Shown here: positions 62,081-64,000 of the stretch, one piece after another
Numbering within the stretch: the stretch's first letter is position 1
Layout of the letters: each line of letters begins with the position of its first letter
Assembly: GCA_964188305.1 (NCBI GenBank)
Contig: OZ076889.1
Direction: 5' to 3' (one strand)
Length of the DNA: 64,000 nucleotides
Origin: Podarcis bocagei
Lineage: Eukaryota
Made by a program: the position numbers and the translations under genes
The notes under the pieces: model-generated
Database searches by the model: none
What the model was told of the DNA's origin: nothing
What the model saw: the letters and a program-made list of their open reading frames with translations, nothing else

Positions 62081-64000
62081 CCCTGTGAACCCTTCCTGCC
62101 TATTTCTGGGCCCAGCTCTGGCCTTTATCATAAAAAAGTACTCTTCGCTGAGACCCAGTACTGCAAGTGATACACAAAGGCAGGCATCTCTCCCTTATTT
62201 GTCATGCTAGATTTCAGTATCTGTTAATAGCATGTTTTCTCCTCTCATATTAGAAATTTGGCCTCATTTTTTGTGTGAATTTGATGAGGTGAGGTGGCTT
62301 TGTGATGTCCTTCCTACAGCAAAAAACTAAACTTCTGCATTAAACTTCATTTTAGCTGACATGTTTGCATTACAAAGGAGTGATCTGTCGTCTGCCTGAA
62401 TTACATGTTTGCAGTTCAATTATTTTTCCATTGGGTTTTGTGATAATGATTTCATTATCCTATGAATGATGTAAGAATGAAATCTAGTAGAAATCAATGG
62501 AGTTTCCTATACCTATAGGGAACAAAATGCATTATATGATTTCGGGTTGAACTGTAAGTGATGGGAGCTATATGTATTCTCTGATATGTATATAATTTCA
62601 GAATTCTAGTTAAACTTGGAGAAGACTTCTTTTAAAAAGCTGCTCATGAGGAAAGCTATTAACCATAGCTGTAGGCAATTGATAGACATTGCCAACGTGA
62701 TATTCAGGCAATGTTTTTCTTGCTTTTTTGCCATCTAGATGTAGTGCAGTAATGTTATCAAGTGTTTCTTGGTGGCCATGTTTATTGATCTTTGTGTTGA
62801 TCTTAGAGAATGTAAGAATTGAAATTTAAAATGTAATCCACCCTAAATTGTGGCACTAGGTGGTTGCCAGGTACCCGATCTATCTTCATAAGGTGAGAAA
62901 TCTGCAACATTATTCTGCGGGAAACAAAGAAAGAGGTGAAGACTTGGCAGTAATAGGAAGCGTCACATTCATCCAACATCTCAGCTGATGTTGGCATATA
63001 TTTTGTATCAACTTAGTTATATGGTTTAATACAATATATGCGCTTTCTGAACCTGCCATCTTTTGGGGTCCTGCTCTCCAAATTTTGTCCAAATGAATGC
63101 ATGTGCAGGGCACCCTTGCTCATCATCAGCTATTCTGGAGATCATCTGGATGAGGCAGAAGTGTCCCTCCAGGGAGCTTAGTTACCAGCGAGGGAGTACC
63201 TCAGTGCACCCACCCAAACAGTTGACAGGCCAAAGCTGCTGCTGGAAATAGTGGAAATACAAGCAGGGGCAGGGCTGAACTAACATAGGATTCATTGGAT
63301 TAACTCAGTCTAGCAGGTGGCTCAACAACCTTCTCTCCCTTACCAGCATGAGCAGTAGGGTTGTGGATGCAGCAGAGGCTAGGCTGCTGCCTTAAGCCTG
63401 CTATGCAGGTGTTTGGATTGCTTCCTTAGCCAACTCCAAGATTAATCCTGAGGTGATGTGAACACTTCAGAAAAACTGAAGTGCCACCCAAATAATATTA
63501 TCACACCTTTCTGATCCTGCTGTTGCTTGTTCACAGTTTACTTTGCAGCTTGGCTCTGCTGGAGGTTGCTCTAGTATCTGCTGTCAATTGGTGAGTGTGA
63601 GTTTAAGCTTAGAGTAAATTTATGTCTTCTTATCTCCAGCTTTCAGTTTCCAGTAGGTTAACAGCTGGGTTTGATTGCCTGCCTTTGACAGTGGGTTTCT
63701 GCTAGCCCTGCTTGGGTTCCAGACAGCAGTAATGCTGAGGGAGAAAGAAGTAGTAGGTAGATCAGCAAGTAGGTAGTCAGGGAAGAAGGTTCAGGAGACT
63801 CCATAGTTGGAGTTGCTTCCAGGTTACCATAGAAGCAGAAGCAGTAAGTCCATTCTGACATTAGTTGTGCAGTATGGAACCCCCTGAAAGGTGACTCTTT
63901 ACCCACTGCTAATGTATCATCAGAAGACCCACAACACATAAGCAGAATATACAGTGGACTCCTTCCCAGATCAGTATTGCCCCAATTTTGGGAAGAGCTG

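Overview
Eukaryotic genomic DNA from a squamate reptile, probably a lacertid lizard (inferred from Sauria-type SINEs, tRNA/CR1 SINEs and Tc1/mariner and hAT MITEs). The ORF track is mostly noise; the real genes are spliced. Gene order: BAK1 (+, four coding exons at 7.5-12.2 kb; the first coding exon was not found and probably lies upstream), a decayed UNC5CL locus (-, about 17.8-22.9 kb), TSPO2 (+, CpG-island promoter near 25 kb, 163 aa), APOBEC2 (+, 228 aa), OARD1/TARG1 (-, 146-148 aa), and the bidirectional CpG-island promoter with non-coding exon 1 of NFYA (+). Best findings: (1) an apparent UNC5CL unitary pseudogene, absent from the ORF track, whose ZU5/UPA exons are decayed but whose death-domain segment is an intact 114-nt exon-like block; (2) a candidate frameshifting cassette exon in the BAK1 intron that hosts the mammalian N-Bak exon; (3) a near-perfect 84-bp non-tandem duplication within BAK1; (4) a TSPO2 with TSPO1-like motifs and a C-terminal KKxx signal. 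All homology calls come from manual translation and recalled human/chicken proteins. No searches were run.
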